From contig JAJDNB010000014.1 of assembly GCA_022340905.1 (NCBI GenBank), positions 1,227-65,226 on the forward strand: a stretch of DNA of 64,000 nt. Reading direction: 5' to 3'. Positions 1 through 9,896 of this stretch are shown piece after piece; within the stretch, counting starts at the first letter, position 1; every line of letters begins with the position of its first letter. The notes beneath the pieces were generated by a model that saw only the letters and a program-made list of their open reading frames with translations, was not told the DNA's origin and searched no databases. Origin of the DNA: Deltaproteobacteria bacterium. GTDB taxonomy: Bacteria > Desulfobacterota > Syntrophobacteria > BM002. The position numbers and the translations under genes are program-made.

Positions 1-186
1 AACCTTCTCGATGTCTTTTTCAAGGTGTTGTCGAACCTTTGCTGCGAAAAACCAAGCGATCAAGTAACTGACTGCAATGGCCCCCACTTCCATAAAGCCG
101 ACAGGAGTAAGGAGATTTGTTTGGAACCATGTAACCAGAGATGTCATGGACATCGAAATGTTAGTGAAGTGTGCTGAATTCGCCAT
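1..186 (-). CDS. Partial CDS running off the window start; the N-terminus reads MANSAHFTNISMSMTSLVTWFQTNLLTPVGFMEVGAIAVSYLIAWFFAAKVRQHLEKDIEKV... (hypothetical membrane protein)
   Basis: Manual minus-strand translation gives ATG at 186..184, preceded by an AAGGAAA Shine-Dalgarno-like motif. A hydrophobic TM-like segment follows and the ORF stays open to position 1. It is absent from the track because it is incomplete. Track ORF 144..329(-) is the competing alternative. Confidence 0.3.
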   Translation of the reverse strand, partial: MANSAHFTNISMSMTSLVTWFQTNLLTPVGFMEVGAIAVSYLIAWFFAAKVRQHLEKDIEKV

Positions 187-850
187 GGCTCATTTCCTTT
201 GGGGAATTTTATGATGAGGGGGTCTTTAATCCTGCATCCTCCATCATTTTCTTTATCATATCTAGCTGATTCTGCTGAAGTAGCAACTGTTGCCAGTGCG
301 GAGAAACCTTTCATGTTAGGTCCTCTCATGTGATCCTCCAGGAGTTTGTTAGGATAGCATGATTAACTCTTTGGCTTGGCCAGGTTTCACCTTCTGAGAT
401 GGGATTATATGATTTTTCCGTAATTTGTACAAATTCTCCTGCAGGCTAATATCCGGATGCTATTTACCAGTTAATATCAAGGGAATCACTAGACCTGACC
501 ACAGGATCGCAATGAAGCAATGCTCAGCACCTCGATGCGAACTGCCAAATATGGGGGCAATATGTTGAGGATTGAAAGTTCACATCTCTTGCCAGTATGC
601 TAACATCAGGGCAATTCAAGATATGAAAAGAAGATCTGACTTCGATTAAGATCGAGTTATATGAAGTTTCCTATTGGTTCGCTAGGACTGAACATAACAT
701 CCCTTAATTTACACTTTGCTGAGATTTAGACTGGTACAACGTGTTGAGACTAAAAAAGTGGAACCAGATATTCCGCTCTGATTTTTTACCAAGTGAACAG
801 AAGTGCCAATGAAGAAATGGGGAGAGCCTCTTTTGTCCCTAGCTTTGCTG

Positions 851-1225
851 TTAGAGCTTATCTAATGTTCGTTCTATTGTACCGAGCACGGCAGATTTAT
901 CGACATGTTCTTTGGATGCCATTTTTTTCGAAGAGTAGGCGAATACTTTGAGGTTGAGTTCGTTACCAAACTTGACAATGTACTCGTCATTTAGCTCAGC
1001 TAACTGCACTTTTTGGCCGTTCACAAATGTGCCATTTCTGCTTGCTTTATCTAGGACAGTGAGTTTTTCTCCTATTCTTTCTATAATCGCATGGTGTTTA
1101 GAAACGGCTGCATCTTTGGGTACAATGTCATTGTCAGGATCCCGACCAATTCTTAGTCTATCTCCTTCCCTGAGAGTGTATTCTTTTAGCACGAGTTCTT
1201 TAAACCGCAATTCTAGTATGACCAT
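851..1225 (-). CDS. FHA (forkhead-associated) domain protein
   Basis: Carries the motif GRDPDNDIVPKDAAVSKHHAII...NGTFVNGQKV, typical of an FHA phosphopeptide-binding fold. Length is 124 aa. Confidence 0.8.
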   Translation of the reverse strand: MVILELRFKELVLKEYTLREGDRLRIGRDPDNDIVPKDAAVSKHHAIIERIGEKLTVLDKASRNGTFVNGQKVQLAELNDEYIVKFGNELNLKVFAYSSKKMASKEHVDKSAVLGTIERTLDKL

Positions 1226-1384
1226 GTTTTCCTCAGTCGATCCTAATTATCTCAGGTAAAGGCATCTGCATTGCTCCAGTTAAGTTTGTAGACTCTTCTG
1301 GAGAGTAAGTCACCGTTCGTTCAAGTATGCAGGAAATATGCCCGCTGATTTTTGATCTAATTTAAAAGTAGAAACACCGCCTAG

Positions 1385-1430
1385 AAATAAAAAAGCCCCC
1401 ACTGACTTGGGCATTGAAGTCAATGGGGGC
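1385..1430 (-). terminator. Putative Rho-independent terminator on the minus strand
   Basis: A roughly 14-bp GC-rich stem (gcccccactgactt / gaagtcaatgggggc, one mismatch) is followed on the minus strand by a T-run (aaataaaaaa on the plus strand). It lies downstream of the GYD gene on the minus strand. Confidence 0.45.
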
Positions 1431-1862
1431 GGGGGTTAGGGGCAGCAGGGCTTACCTATTGAAAAAACCCACCATATGAGAAGAGATAATAGGAGCAAAG
1501 CCCTACCAAGCTTTTAAGTGGCAAACACCGTGCCAGTTTGTTTAAAGATGACTTTTTCATTTGTTTTTAGCTTGTTAGGCCTCATGGACTAACCAGCAAC
1601 CTCTCTAAGACATGGTAAATGAGGTAATAGATGGAGAAAATAAATGCCCACTATTGTGAAATATCGTAACAAGTGCTTCTTGAGGTGGGCGGCTTGTAGG
1701 GGTAGGAGCGGAATGTGGACTACATCCCTTAATTCACACTGTTACCCTGAAAATTTTCGCACAAAATGTTAGGCTGATTCGCTAAGGCGCTGCGATTTTT
1801 CTACCGCACCACCTTAGCCGAACCAGCTGGCCTGATTAGAAGCCACGGTTTAGTTTTTTTGA

Positions 1863-2156
1863 CTACGGCAATTTCTTCACAATTTCTGCAAACTCCTCCT
1901 TTGTGAATGCCTTGAGTGTTCTTGTCCTGACAAATCCCTCAACTCCCAGGGCCAGAAAGAAGGCCACATGCGCCTCATCACTGGGTGCTTCACCAATTGC
2001 TACATAGTCATACTCCCCTAAGACAACGTAAAAAGCGATAAACTTGCCCCCCATAGCTTCATAGGCCTTAATGCCATTTTCAATCCGTTGCGGGGCTTCC
2101 TTGATGTTCTTAATCCCATGATCAGTCAGTTTCAATAAGCCGATATAAGTTGGCAT
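1863..2156 (-). CDS. GYD domain protein
   Basis: A 97-aa protein with conserved GYD-family blocks (GEYDYV..., FTKEEF). The 3' end lies roughly 430 nt upstream of the putative terminator at 1385..1430. Confidence 0.65.
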   Translation of the reverse strand: MPTYIGLLKLTDHGIKNIKEAPQRIENGIKAYEAMGGKFIAFYVVLGEYDYVAIGEAPSDEAHVAFFLALGVEGFVRTRTLKAFTKEEFAEIVKKLP

Positions 2157-2644
2157 AACACTAGCCTCCTTTCTCCTCTCTAAGAATGTTTCAGGTAGAT
2201 CACTGCTCTAGCAAATTACATGGAAGACAAAACGCAGAGGCCTCCAAGGAGTTGACAAACCCCTTAGAGGCTTCATATCGGCATCTTCTGGCAAACCCTC
2301 GACACGACTCCCTCCTAGAGGCTGAGGGCAATGTTTGCAGTAAGACAGAGATAGTCTGGTCCGAAAGAGGGCAGAACTGAAAGTATGATCTTTCTGAGAT
2401 GAGTTAGAAAAGGAGATAGAACTGGCTTTAGATTAAGCGAGGGAAGCCCTTGCTGTCAAGCAAAAGCACTATCCTCAGGCTATTTGGTCGTGTGATAAAA
2501 ACGGAGAGATCAGAGTGGAGATTACATCTCTTCGTTTACACTTTCGCCCTGGGACAACAACTACTAGGTGCGATCATGTGTTAGGAAAGGTGAAGGCTTG
2601 GGTTAAAGAGCAGAAATTAGATTGGGGATTGCAGAACGCGAAGC

Positions 2645-2795
2645 GCATGGCGCATAGCGATCAGCGAGAGATGTGTGAAAAGCGGGAAAGGCGAGAAAGG
2701 CAACCACTACTCTAGGCTGGGTATCCTTTCTCGCTTGTCCTGAGCAAAGTCGAAGGGCTTTTCTCGCCTGTCTAGCCTTTCTCGCACAATGCTAG
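2645..2795. repeat. Copy 1 of a palindromic intergenic element built on gcgagaaagg / cctttctcgc arms
   Basis: Near-identical to 13310..13425 (gcgatcagcgaga-atg-g-aaaagcgggaaaggcgagaaagg ... cctttctcgctt-tc...ctcgcctgtctagcctttctcgc). The internal inverted symmetry can fold into a hairpin. Track ORF 2515..2715 lies inside it and is likely spurious. Confidence 0.6.
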
Positions 2796-2871
2796 GTTAC
2801 GGCTTATGGCTCACTGCTTACGGTTTACTGGGCGAAGTCGAATGGGTCGAAGGACTCACCTTTTTCCTTTT

Positions 2872-3459
2872 TCACCTGTCCGAGTTGCAAAGAGAAAGGA
2901 AGTAGTGGTGCAGTGCAGGCGACTCGGAGAGTTCGGGATGGAAGGTAGTGACAAGGTGGTGGCGGTACTGCAAAGCCACTGGTTTGTCTTCATACTTCGC
3001 CAATACAGCGACATTGTCTTCCCATTCCACCACTTGCGGTGCCCGGATAAAAACACCTTCCTGTCGAATCGGCGACCCGCCAGGCAGGTTGAGCCCGAAT
3101 ACGGCTATGAAACTCTCGTTCTGGCGGCCATAGGCATTTCGACGCACACGGATCGGCACCAGGCTAAGGCTTTCCTGCGGTGGGTTCTCCACCTCCTTGG
3201 CCATGAGAATGGAGCCGGCGCACACACCCCAGACAGATTGCCTCTCGGCAAATGTGAGGATAGGCTGCAATAGATTATTTTCGTGAATGAGCTTCAGAAA
3301 GGTTGTGCTTTCTCCGCCGGGGATGATCAAGCCTTGGCAGTTTCGAAGTTCCTCGGCAGTGCGGACGCTCACTGCTTCCACACCCATGCTTTTAAGCTTA
3401 AGGTGGTGGGGCTCCACCGCTCCTTGCAGTGCTAGAATACCGATGGGCATTATTACCAT
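2872..3459 (-). CDS. pdxT: Pyridoxal 5'-phosphate synthase glutaminase subunit PdxT
   Basis: Class I glutamine amidotransferase with the motifs [16 protein letters not shown] and a catalytic His-containing C-terminus. It overlaps pdxS by 7 nt, the classic pdxST operon arrangement. Confidence 0.9.
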   Translation of the reverse strand: MVIMPIGILALQGAVEPHHLKLKSMGVEAVSVRTAEELRNCQGLIIPGGESTTFLKLIHENNLLQPILTFAERQSVWGVCAGSILMAKEVENPPQESLSLVPIRVRRNAYGRQNESFIAVFGLNLPGGSPIRQEGVFIRAPQVVEWEDNVAVLAKYEDKPVALQYRHHLVTTFHPELSESPALHHYFLSLCNSDR

Positions 3460-4352
3460 CCCCTTACTGCAAGACGTTGACCTTCTGCCAGCTCACCGAC
3501 GGACAAACCGGACATGGCCGAGCCCAGTCCGCTGGAGATCTTAAGCAGCTCTGCGGGCTTGTCATAGTAGGTTACCGCCTTGACGATCGCCTTGGCCCTT
3601 CTGGCGGGATCTTCCGACTTAAAGATACCAGAACCTACAAAGACTGATTCAGCCCCCATTTGCATGAGCATGGATGCATCTGCCGGCGTGGCGATGCCGC
3701 CGGCTGTAAACTTGGGAACTGGCAGCTTACCGTGCTCATGGACAAAACACACCAGCTCGTAGGGTGCCTGAAGACGCTTGGCCTCTGCCATCAATTCCGT
3801 GTCGTCAAGCTGAGTAACCGTCGCCATCTCCTTGTTAATGGCGCGCAGGTGGCGCACAGCCTCAATTACATCGCCAGTTCCAGCCTCACCCTTGGTGCGG
3901 ATCAGAGCTGCGCCTTCACCTATTCTCCGCAGGGCTTCACCCAGGTTCGTAGCACCACAGACGAAGGGAGTCTTAAAGGCAAACTTGTACACGTGATTGT
4001 GAGGATCGGCAGGGGTGAGGACCTCACTCTCGTCAATAAAATCCACCCCTAACTCCTGAATGATCTGGGCCTCGGCGAAGTGGCCGATGCGCACCTTCGC
4101 CATTACCGGTATGGAAACAGCCTTCATGATGCGGTCGATCATTTCCGGATCGGACATGCGGGCCACACCGCCGTCACGGCGGATGTCAGCCGGAACACGC
4201 TCCAGAGCCATTACCGCGCAGGCGCCTGCATCTTCTGCGATCTTTGCCTGGTCGGCATCGACCACATCCATGATAACCCCACCCTTCAACATTTCAGCCA
4301 GTCCTACCTTGAGCCGGAAGCTCTCACTGTTCCAGTACGTCTCTTTATGCAT
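3453..4352 (-). CDS. pdxS: Pyridoxal 5'-phosphate synthase lyase subunit PdxS
   Basis: Highly conserved PdxS/SNZ sequence, including [14 protein letters not shown] and GEAGTG. Length is 299 aa. Confidence 0.95.
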   Translation of the reverse strand: MHKETYWNSESFRLKVGLAEMLKGGVIMDVVDADQAKIAEDAGACAVMALERVPADIRRDGGVARMSDPEMIDRIMKAVSIPVMAKVRIGHFAEAQIIQELGVDFIDESEVLTPADPHNHVYKFAFKTPFVCGATNLGEALRRIGEGAALIRTKGEAGTGDVIEAVRHLRAINKEMATVTQLDDTELMAEAKRLQAPYELVCFVHEHGKLPVPKFTAGGIATPADASMLMQMGAESVFVGSGIFKSEDPARRAKAIVKAVTYYDKPAELLKISSGLGSAMSGLSVGELAEGQRLAVRGW

Positions 4353-4489
4353 GACTTCCTCCTGTCATGACCTTGTCCTGATCAGAGGACATTTGATGGT
4401 GATCTGCAGCCGCAGACTGCCATATACGTTCAATACAGTTATTTTAACTCTTTCGAACCCTTGAATCTTTATTATTACCACGAATGGGC

Positions 4490-5030
4490 AACGCAGCATA
4501 GGGCACAATTCAGCAGACAGCTTGCAGCTGACAGCAGGCAGTCAGCGCTGCGCGTCATTTGCCTTCGGCGTCATTAGGTCACTACGCTGCGCTGTCATTG
4601 GTTGTAAAAGGTAGGATCAGGTTTCAGGTGTCAGGTGTCACATGACATTAGAAGCTCACGGCTCATAGCTCACAGAAGTTGGTCAATCGGTCGATTGGTC
4701 AAAAGGTTAATTCGTAGAAATCGTAGAAGGCGTAGAAGGTAAGCGGTCAATTACTTGCCCATTTGACCAATTTCCTATTCGACTAATTGACTAAACGTTA
4801 GGGATTGTGGATTGCGGATTTAAAATCAAGGAGACAGGAGACAGGGGTCGGAGGTCAGAGGTCGGAGGTCAGAGGACAGCAAGACAAATCGTCAAAAGGT
4901 CAAATGGTTAATTCGTAGAAACCGTAGAAGTCGTAGAAGGTAAATGGTGAACGGTCAATTACTTGCCTATTTGACCAAGTTCCTATTCGACTATTTGACT
5001 AATTTCCTAATTGACCGGCTACTGGATTAT
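4490..5030. repeat. Mosaic intergenic repeat block between pdxS and glgP
   Basis: A roughly 100-bp unit (ggtcaaa-ggttaattcgtagaaa-cgtagaag...cggtcaattacttgcc-atttgaccaa-ttcctattcgacta-ttgactaa) is internally duplicated around a core gggattgtggattgcggatttaaaatcaaggagacaggagacag-ggtcggaggtcagagg...gacagcaagacaaatcgtc. The block also contains the gcgtcatttgccttcggcgtcatta element at 4509..4615. Confidence 0.6.
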
Positions 5031-5170
5031 TTGATTTATTTTCCATTTTTTTCTCTAACCAAAAACTAACGATGGCCTGAAAGGGAATTACCGTATATAT
5101 TTTCCCCAGCTGAGTAGACAGGGTTCGACACCGCTTATTTTGGGTAAACCTGGCAGGGAGAAGAATAGCC

Positions 5171-7678
5171 ATGGCAACAGCAAAAAAAGCAAGGGCTAAG
5201 AAGCCGACAGTCGAGACGAGCCGCATCGGGCTCGAGGTGGAAACGCTAAAGCGAGCTTTCGAAGAGAACCTCTTTTACACTCAATTCAGAATTGCCGAGG
5301 TGGCAACACCCAACGACCTCTACATGGCTCTGGCTTATACTCTGCGCGACCGCTTGGCACACCGCTGGATCAACACGGTTGAAACCTATCTAAAAGAAGA
5401 CGTCAAGGTTGTCTGCTATCTGTCGGCAGAGTTCCTCCTGGGACCCCATCTGGGGAACAATCTGATCAACCTCGGCGTGTATGACAGAGCGCGCCAGGCT
5501 TTAGAGGAGATGAGGTTTGACCTCACTGAGCTCATTGACCAGGAGGAGGAGCCCGGCCTGGGCAATGGTGGTTTGGGGAGACTGGCCGCCTGTTATCTTG
5601 ACTCTCTGGCTACGCTGGAAATACCGGCTGTTGGATACGGTATACGTTACGAGTTCGGCATCTTTGACCAGGAAATCCGCGGCGGCTGGCAGGCAGAAGT
5701 TACCGACAAGTGGCTGCGCTTTGGCAACCCTTGGGAGATACCCCGATCAGAGATCACTTTTGATGTCAACTTTGGCGGACACACGGAAAATTACTACGAC
5801 GCGGACGGTCGCCTTCGGGTCCGCTGGTATCCCGACAGAGTCGTCAAGGGCGTTGCCTATGATACGCCCATTTTGGGTTACAAAGTAAACACCTGCAACA
5901 CCCTGCGTCTTTGGAAGGCAGAAGCATGTGAGTCCTTTGACTTTGAGGCTTTTAACGTAGGCGATTACTACGGTGCAGTGCACGAAAAGCTCTTTTCCGA
6001 AAACATCACCAAGGTCCTTTACCCCAACGATGAACCCATTGCAGGCAAGCAACTTCGCCTCGAGCAGCAATACTTCTTCGTGTCCTGTTCTCTCCAGGAC
6101 CTGATCCGCATGCACCTTCTCAGAGGGAATAGACTGGATACCTTCCATGAGAAGTATGCAGTGCAATTGAATGATACCCACCCTTCGGTGGGCGTAGCCG
6201 AATTGATGCGTCTTCTGGTGGATGAGCACGAGATGGATTGGGACAAGGCCTGGGAGGTGACCCGCAACACCTTTGCTTACACCAACCACACATTGTTGCC
6301 GGAAGCTCTGGAGAAGTGGCCTCTGCATTTGTTTCAAAGCCTTTTACCGAGACACCTGGAGATTATCTACGAAATCAACCGCCGGTTTCTCAATGAAGTT
6401 CGAGTGAAATATCCTCGCGACGGGGGTATAGTCTCACGCTTATCGCTCATTGAAGAAGGCGGGGAACAGTATGTGAGAATGGCCAATTTGGCATGCCTGG
6501 GCAGCCGAGCCATCAACGGAGTTGCAGCACTTCACACAGAGCTCCTCAAACAGGATGTTTTGAGAGACTTCTACGCACTCTGGCCCGAAAAATTCAGCAA
6601 CAAAACCAACGGGGTCACGCCGCGAAGATTTATGGTCTTGAGCAACCCCCACCTCAGCAAACTCATCTCCGATAGGATTGGTGACACCTGGATCAAGCAC
6701 CTGGATGAACTCAGGAAACTTGAGGCCTTCGCGGACAACAAAGAATTCCTCAACACATGGCAGAAGGTGAAACTCGAGAACAAGCGAACCCTTGCCAATA
6801 TCATCAAGGACCGCACAAACATTCTGGTCAACCCCGACTCCCTTTTTGACATCCTGGTGAAGAGGATTCATGAATACAAGCGACAACACCTGAAGGTGCT
6901 GCACATTATTACCCTTTTCAACCGGATCAAGGAGGACCCATCACTCCAGATTACCCCCAGGACCTTCATCTTCGGCGGCAAAGCAGCACCAGGCTATTTT
7001 ATGGCAAAGCTGATCATCAAGCTCATCACTTCGGTAGCGGCTGTGGTAAACAGGGACCCTGATGTGGCAGATCGACTGAAGGTGGTCTTCTTCCCTGACT
7101 TCAACGTGAAAAACGCCCAGCGCATCTATCCGGCCGCCGATCTTTCAGAGCAGATCTCCACTGCCGGCAAAGAGGCCTCGGGTACCGGCAACATGAAGTT
7201 TTCCATGAATGGTGCCTTGACCATCGGGACGCTCGATGGCGCCAACGTCGAGATCAGAGAGGAAGTTGGAGAGGAGAATTTCTTCCTTTTCGGGCTAACA
7301 GCCTCGGAGGTTCAGAAAGTAAAATCTCAGGGCTACAATCCCCAGAAATACTACAATTCCAACCGCGAGCTCAAAAAGGCGATCGATCTCATTTCCTCGG
7401 GCTACTTCTCTCGAGGTGACGGTACTCTGTTCAAAGCGCTGGTAGATTCGCTCCTCCACCACGATGAATATCTGGTCCTTGCCGACTATCAATCCTATGT
7501 TGAATGTCAGGAAAGGGTAAGCCAAGCTTATCTGGACAAGGAGCGGTGGAACAGGATGTCTGTCCTAAACGTGGCTCGCATGGGAAAATTTTCATCGGAC
7601 AGATCCATAAGTGAATACTGTGACGACATCTGGAAGGCGAAGCCCGTTCCGGTAACCCTACATGAGGATGAGCTATAG
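5171..7678 (+). CDS. glgP: Glycogen/alpha-glucan phosphorylase
   Basis: An 835-aa protein with the PLP-lysine motif EASGTGNMKFSMNGALTIGTLDGANVEI and full-length GT35 conservation. Confidence 0.95.
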   Translation: MATAKKARAKKPTVETSRIGLEVETLKRAFEENLFYTQFRIAEVATPNDLYMALAYTLRDRLAHRWINTVETYLKEDVKVVCYLSAEFLLGPHLGNNLINLGVYDRARQALEEMRFDLTELIDQEEEPGLGNGGLGRLAACYLDSLATLEIPAVGYGIRYEFGIFDQEIRGGWQAEVTDKWLRFGNPWEIPRSEITFDVNFGGHTENYYDADGRLRVRWYPDRVVKGVAYDTPILGYKVNTCNTLRLWKAEACESFDFEAFNVGDYYGAVHEKLFSENITKVLYPNDEPIAGKQLRLEQQYFFVSCSLQDLIRMHLLRGNRLDTFHEKYAVQLNDTHPSVGVAELMRLLVDEHEMDWDKAWEVTRNTFAYTNHTLLPEALEKWPLHLFQSLLPRHLEIIYEINRRFLNEVRVKYPRDGGIVSRLSLIEEGGEQYVRMANLACLGSRAINGVAALHTELLKQDVLRDFYALWPEKFSNKTNGVTPRRFMVLSNPHLSKLISDRIGDTWIKHLDELRKLEAFADNKEFLNTWQKVKLENKRTLANIIKDRTNILVNPDSLFDILVKRIHEYKRQHLKVLHIITLFNRIKEDPSLQITPRTFIFGGKAAPGYFMAKLIIKLITSVAAVVNRDPDVADRLKVVFFPDFNVKNAQRIYPAADLSEQISTAGKEASGTGNMKFSMNGALTIGTLDGANVEIREEVGEENFFLFGLTASEVQKVKSQGYNPQKYYNSNRELKKAIDLISSGYFSRGDGTLFKALVDSLLHHDEYLVLADYQSYVECQERVSQAYLDKERWNRMSVLNVARMGKFSSDRSISEYCDDIWKAKPVPVTLHEDEL

Positions 7679-7679
7679 G

Positions 7680-8010
7680 CATGGGGCATGGGGAAGAGAT
7701 TTCGAATTTCGAATTGCGGATTGGGAATTTAAAATCAAGGAGACAGCCCTTCGACCCATTCGACAAGCTCAGAGCTGGCAAGCTCAGGACAGGTAGGGCA
7801 TAGAGCATAGAGCATAGGGCATAGGGTCGGCCGACAGACGACAGAGGACAGACGACAGCAAGCAGAACTCAGAGGTCAGATATCAGAGGTCTGAGGTCAG
7901 GTATAAAGCTGATCTCTGATCTCCGACTTCTGACCTCTGCGATAAACGGTTTCCACGATTTGAACGATTTTAACGGTTTGAACGGTTTCAACGAATCACC
8001 GTTTACCTCA
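7680..8010. repeat. Mosaic intergenic repeat block
   Basis: Word runs include ttcgaatttcgaattgcggattgggaatttaaaatcaaggagacag, ccattcgac, catagagcatagagcatagggcatagggtc, gacagacgacagaggacagacgacagcaag, ggtcagat-tcagaggtctgaggtcagg with its inverted complement tctgatctccgacttctgacctctg, and gaacggtttcaacga. Confidence 0.6.
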
Positions 8011-8015
8011 GCTTC

Positions 8016-8444
8016 CTACCGCAAGAGTGCGTTTTGCACGATGCCGAGACCTGTATACACTTGTATAGCGGCCAGGATCAACAGGATAACATTGTTGACC
8101 AGATGCACTACAGGCAGGATATTTGATTGATCCCGGCGGCGGTCCAGTCGTCTACCGGTAAGGTAGGTTATGAGAAGAACTGGAAACATGATCATGCCGA
8201 TTCTGAAATGCAGACTACCCGTAAAAATCTTTCCGTAGGTCAGGTAGGTCACAGTCAGTCCACCAAGCGCACCCAGGGCCCAGACGGCGACAACCACCTT
8301 GCCGAGCATGACGTGGCGGTTCCACTTGAAGACAGTGTGCTTGCCAAGATGTCTCGAGGCAAACCTTGACAGCCCGAGTGTCAAAACGTAAAGCGCAAGA
8401 AGTGCTGTCAGTGCTTGTGCGATGGGATGAATCCAGAGTAGCAT
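8016..8444 (-). CDS. Hypothetical integral membrane protein (about 4 TM)
   Basis: A 142-aa protein with four hydrophobic segments. No family was recognised with confidence. Confidence 0.5.
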   Translation of the reverse strand: MLLWIHPIAQALTALLALYVLTLGLSRFASRHLGKHTVFKWNRHVMLGKVVVAVWALGALGGLTVTYLTYGKIFTGSLHFRIGMIMFPVLLITYLTGRRLDRRRDQSNILPVVHLVNNVILLILAAIQVYTGLGIVQNALLR

Positions 8445-8559
8445 GATATCTCCTTTTCTTGTGTCCTTTCATGGGAAAACGGGGCACGTCGTTAAATAAC
8501 TATATAACTTCAATTTCGGATCATGTAGCATTTTTTTAATTGGTTGCTCAGAAAATTAG

Positions 8560-8830
8560 AAAATTATTAGAAACCTTAGAAGTCGTCCAGTCCGAAGGTC
8601 AGAGATCAGGCGTCAGACGACAGCAAGTCAAATCCCGTGAGCATAGGGCATGGAGCATGGAGTTTAAAAACAAAAAAAGTTCCACTTCCCCTGGAATCGC
8701 GGCTAAAAGCCGCTCCCACAGTAATTAGTCGATTGGAGAATGAGATAATTGGTCAAAAGGTCAAAAGGTTAATTCGTAGAAGGTTAACGGTAGACGCTGA
8801 ATGGTCAAAGCGGCCAAGTAGGTACTACCC
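8560..8830. repeat. Mosaic intergenic repeat block
   Basis: Contains gaagtcgtccagtccgaaggtcagagatcaggcgtcagacgacagcaagtcaaatc, then catagggcatggagcatgg, then ggtcaaaaggtcaaaaggttaattcgtagaagg. The same module order is seen at 39540..39630 (inverted) and 17900..17965. Confidence 0.6.
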
Positions 8831-8949
8831 CCTTTCTCCTGCGGCGAATGGTCCCAATTTTGCATTTCTTTGCGGCCATACTGACAGCATCGCTTTGTAA
8901 CGATGGTTGATGAAGTGGTTTTTCATCTGACGGGCACCAAGATTTAACA

Positions 8950-9552
8950 ATGAAGGAGTGGGTTATGAATGATGTGCTGAATAGGAACCTTTTCCTCGTC
9001 AAAGAGCATGTTGGAATGTTCAAGGCAGCAAATAACTATGACATCTATGATCCCGACACCGGCAATATTATCATGGAATGCCGAGAAGAGCGCTTGGGAA
9101 CCTTAACGAAACTGTGCAGGTTTACCGACCTCAAGCGAATGACTCCTTTTGACATCCAGATAAGAAGCCCAGAAGGAAACCAGGTGGTTCGAGTCACACG
9201 AGGTATTGCGGTTCTCCTGTCAAAAGTCAACGTACTTGACCAACATGATCGCCCCCTGGGAGGTTTCAAACAGAAGTTCTTCTCCTTAGGCGGCGCTTTC
9301 AATGTCCTTGATGCAGACGACAACCCCATTTGTCAGTTGAAGGGCAAATGGACTGGCTGGAATTTCAGATTTATGGCCAACGGGGTCGAATTTGCCCATG
9401 TCACCAAAAAATGGGCGGGCATAGGCAAGGAATTCTTCACCAGTGCAGACAACTACGTGCTGAAGATATCCGAATCAGTCCCTAAAGACCATGTTGCTCG
9501 TCAGCTCATACTGGCTGCAGTCATGTGCATCGATATGGTGCTCAAGGAGTAG
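8950..9552 (+). CDS. LURP-one-related / DUF567 (YxjI, tubby-like) family protein
   Basis: A 200-aa protein. The block pattern FFSLGGAFNVLD...GKWTGWNFRF...VTKKW resembles the bacterial tubby-like DUF567 family. Confidence 0.5.
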   Translation: MKEWVMNDVLNRNLFLVKEHVGMFKAANNYDIYDPDTGNIIMECREERLGTLTKLCRFTDLKRMTPFDIQIRSPEGNQVVRVTRGIAVLLSKVNVLDQHDRPLGGFKQKFFSLGGAFNVLDADDNPICQLKGKWTGWNFRFMANGVEFAHVTKKWAGIGKEFFTSADNYVLKISESVPKDHVARQLILAAVMCIDMVLKE

Positions 9553-9559
9553 AGGAAGC

Positions 9560-9890
9560 GAGACGGGAGGTCGGGCCCTTCGACCCATTCGACCCATTCG
9601 ACTTCGCTCAGGGCAGGCGAGACGAGCTTAGAACTTAGAGGTCAGAGGTCTGAAGTCAGAGGTCCGAGGGCAGCAGTTCAAGGTTCCAAGTTTCAAGTTT
9701 CAAGTTAGGACAGGTTATGAAATGGAGTTGCCGTATAACGAATAACGGATAACGAATAACATCTCGTACTGTTTACCGTTTACCGCTCACCGTTTACGCC
9801 TTGACGATTTAACTAATTCCCTAATTCTCTAATTTTCTAATTACCTACCGGTTCACCATTTACCGCTCACCCCATATTTTGAAAATCTGT
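9560..9890. repeat. Mosaic intergenic repeat block
   Basis: Contains ccattcgacccattcgac, ggtcagaggtctgaagtcagaggtccgagg, caaggttccaagtttcaagtttcaagtt, ataacgaataacggataacgaataac, tttaccgtttaccgctcaccgtttac and ctaattctctaattttctaattacc. Confidence 0.6.
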
Positions 9891-9896
9891 GAATTT

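Noticed and set aside
144-329. 61-aa track ORF at the window start
   Set aside because: It competes with a more plausible partial membrane-protein ORF at 1..186 in another frame. Neither is strongly supported. The track ORF has an odd composition.
2515-2715. Track ORFs inside intergenic repeat blocks (2515..2715, 12168..12485, 12226..12528, 8540..8728, 8637..8900, 44879..45278, 47270..47713, 62561..63031)
   Set aside because: They sit within low-complexity repeat mosaics. Their amino-acid composition is biased and repetitive, and they overlap each other. They are judged repeat-derived artefacts.
5100-5150. tRNA-like GGTTCGACACC (T-loop-like) motif upstream of glgP
   Set aside because: No complementary acceptor stem or anticodon arm could be built around it. 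It is probably coincidental.
5517-7808. Multiple internal or antisense ORFs within glgP (for example 5747..6337, 6440..6904, 7431..7808)
   Set aside because: They are shadow ORFs inside a strongly supported 835-aa glycogen phosphorylase gene.
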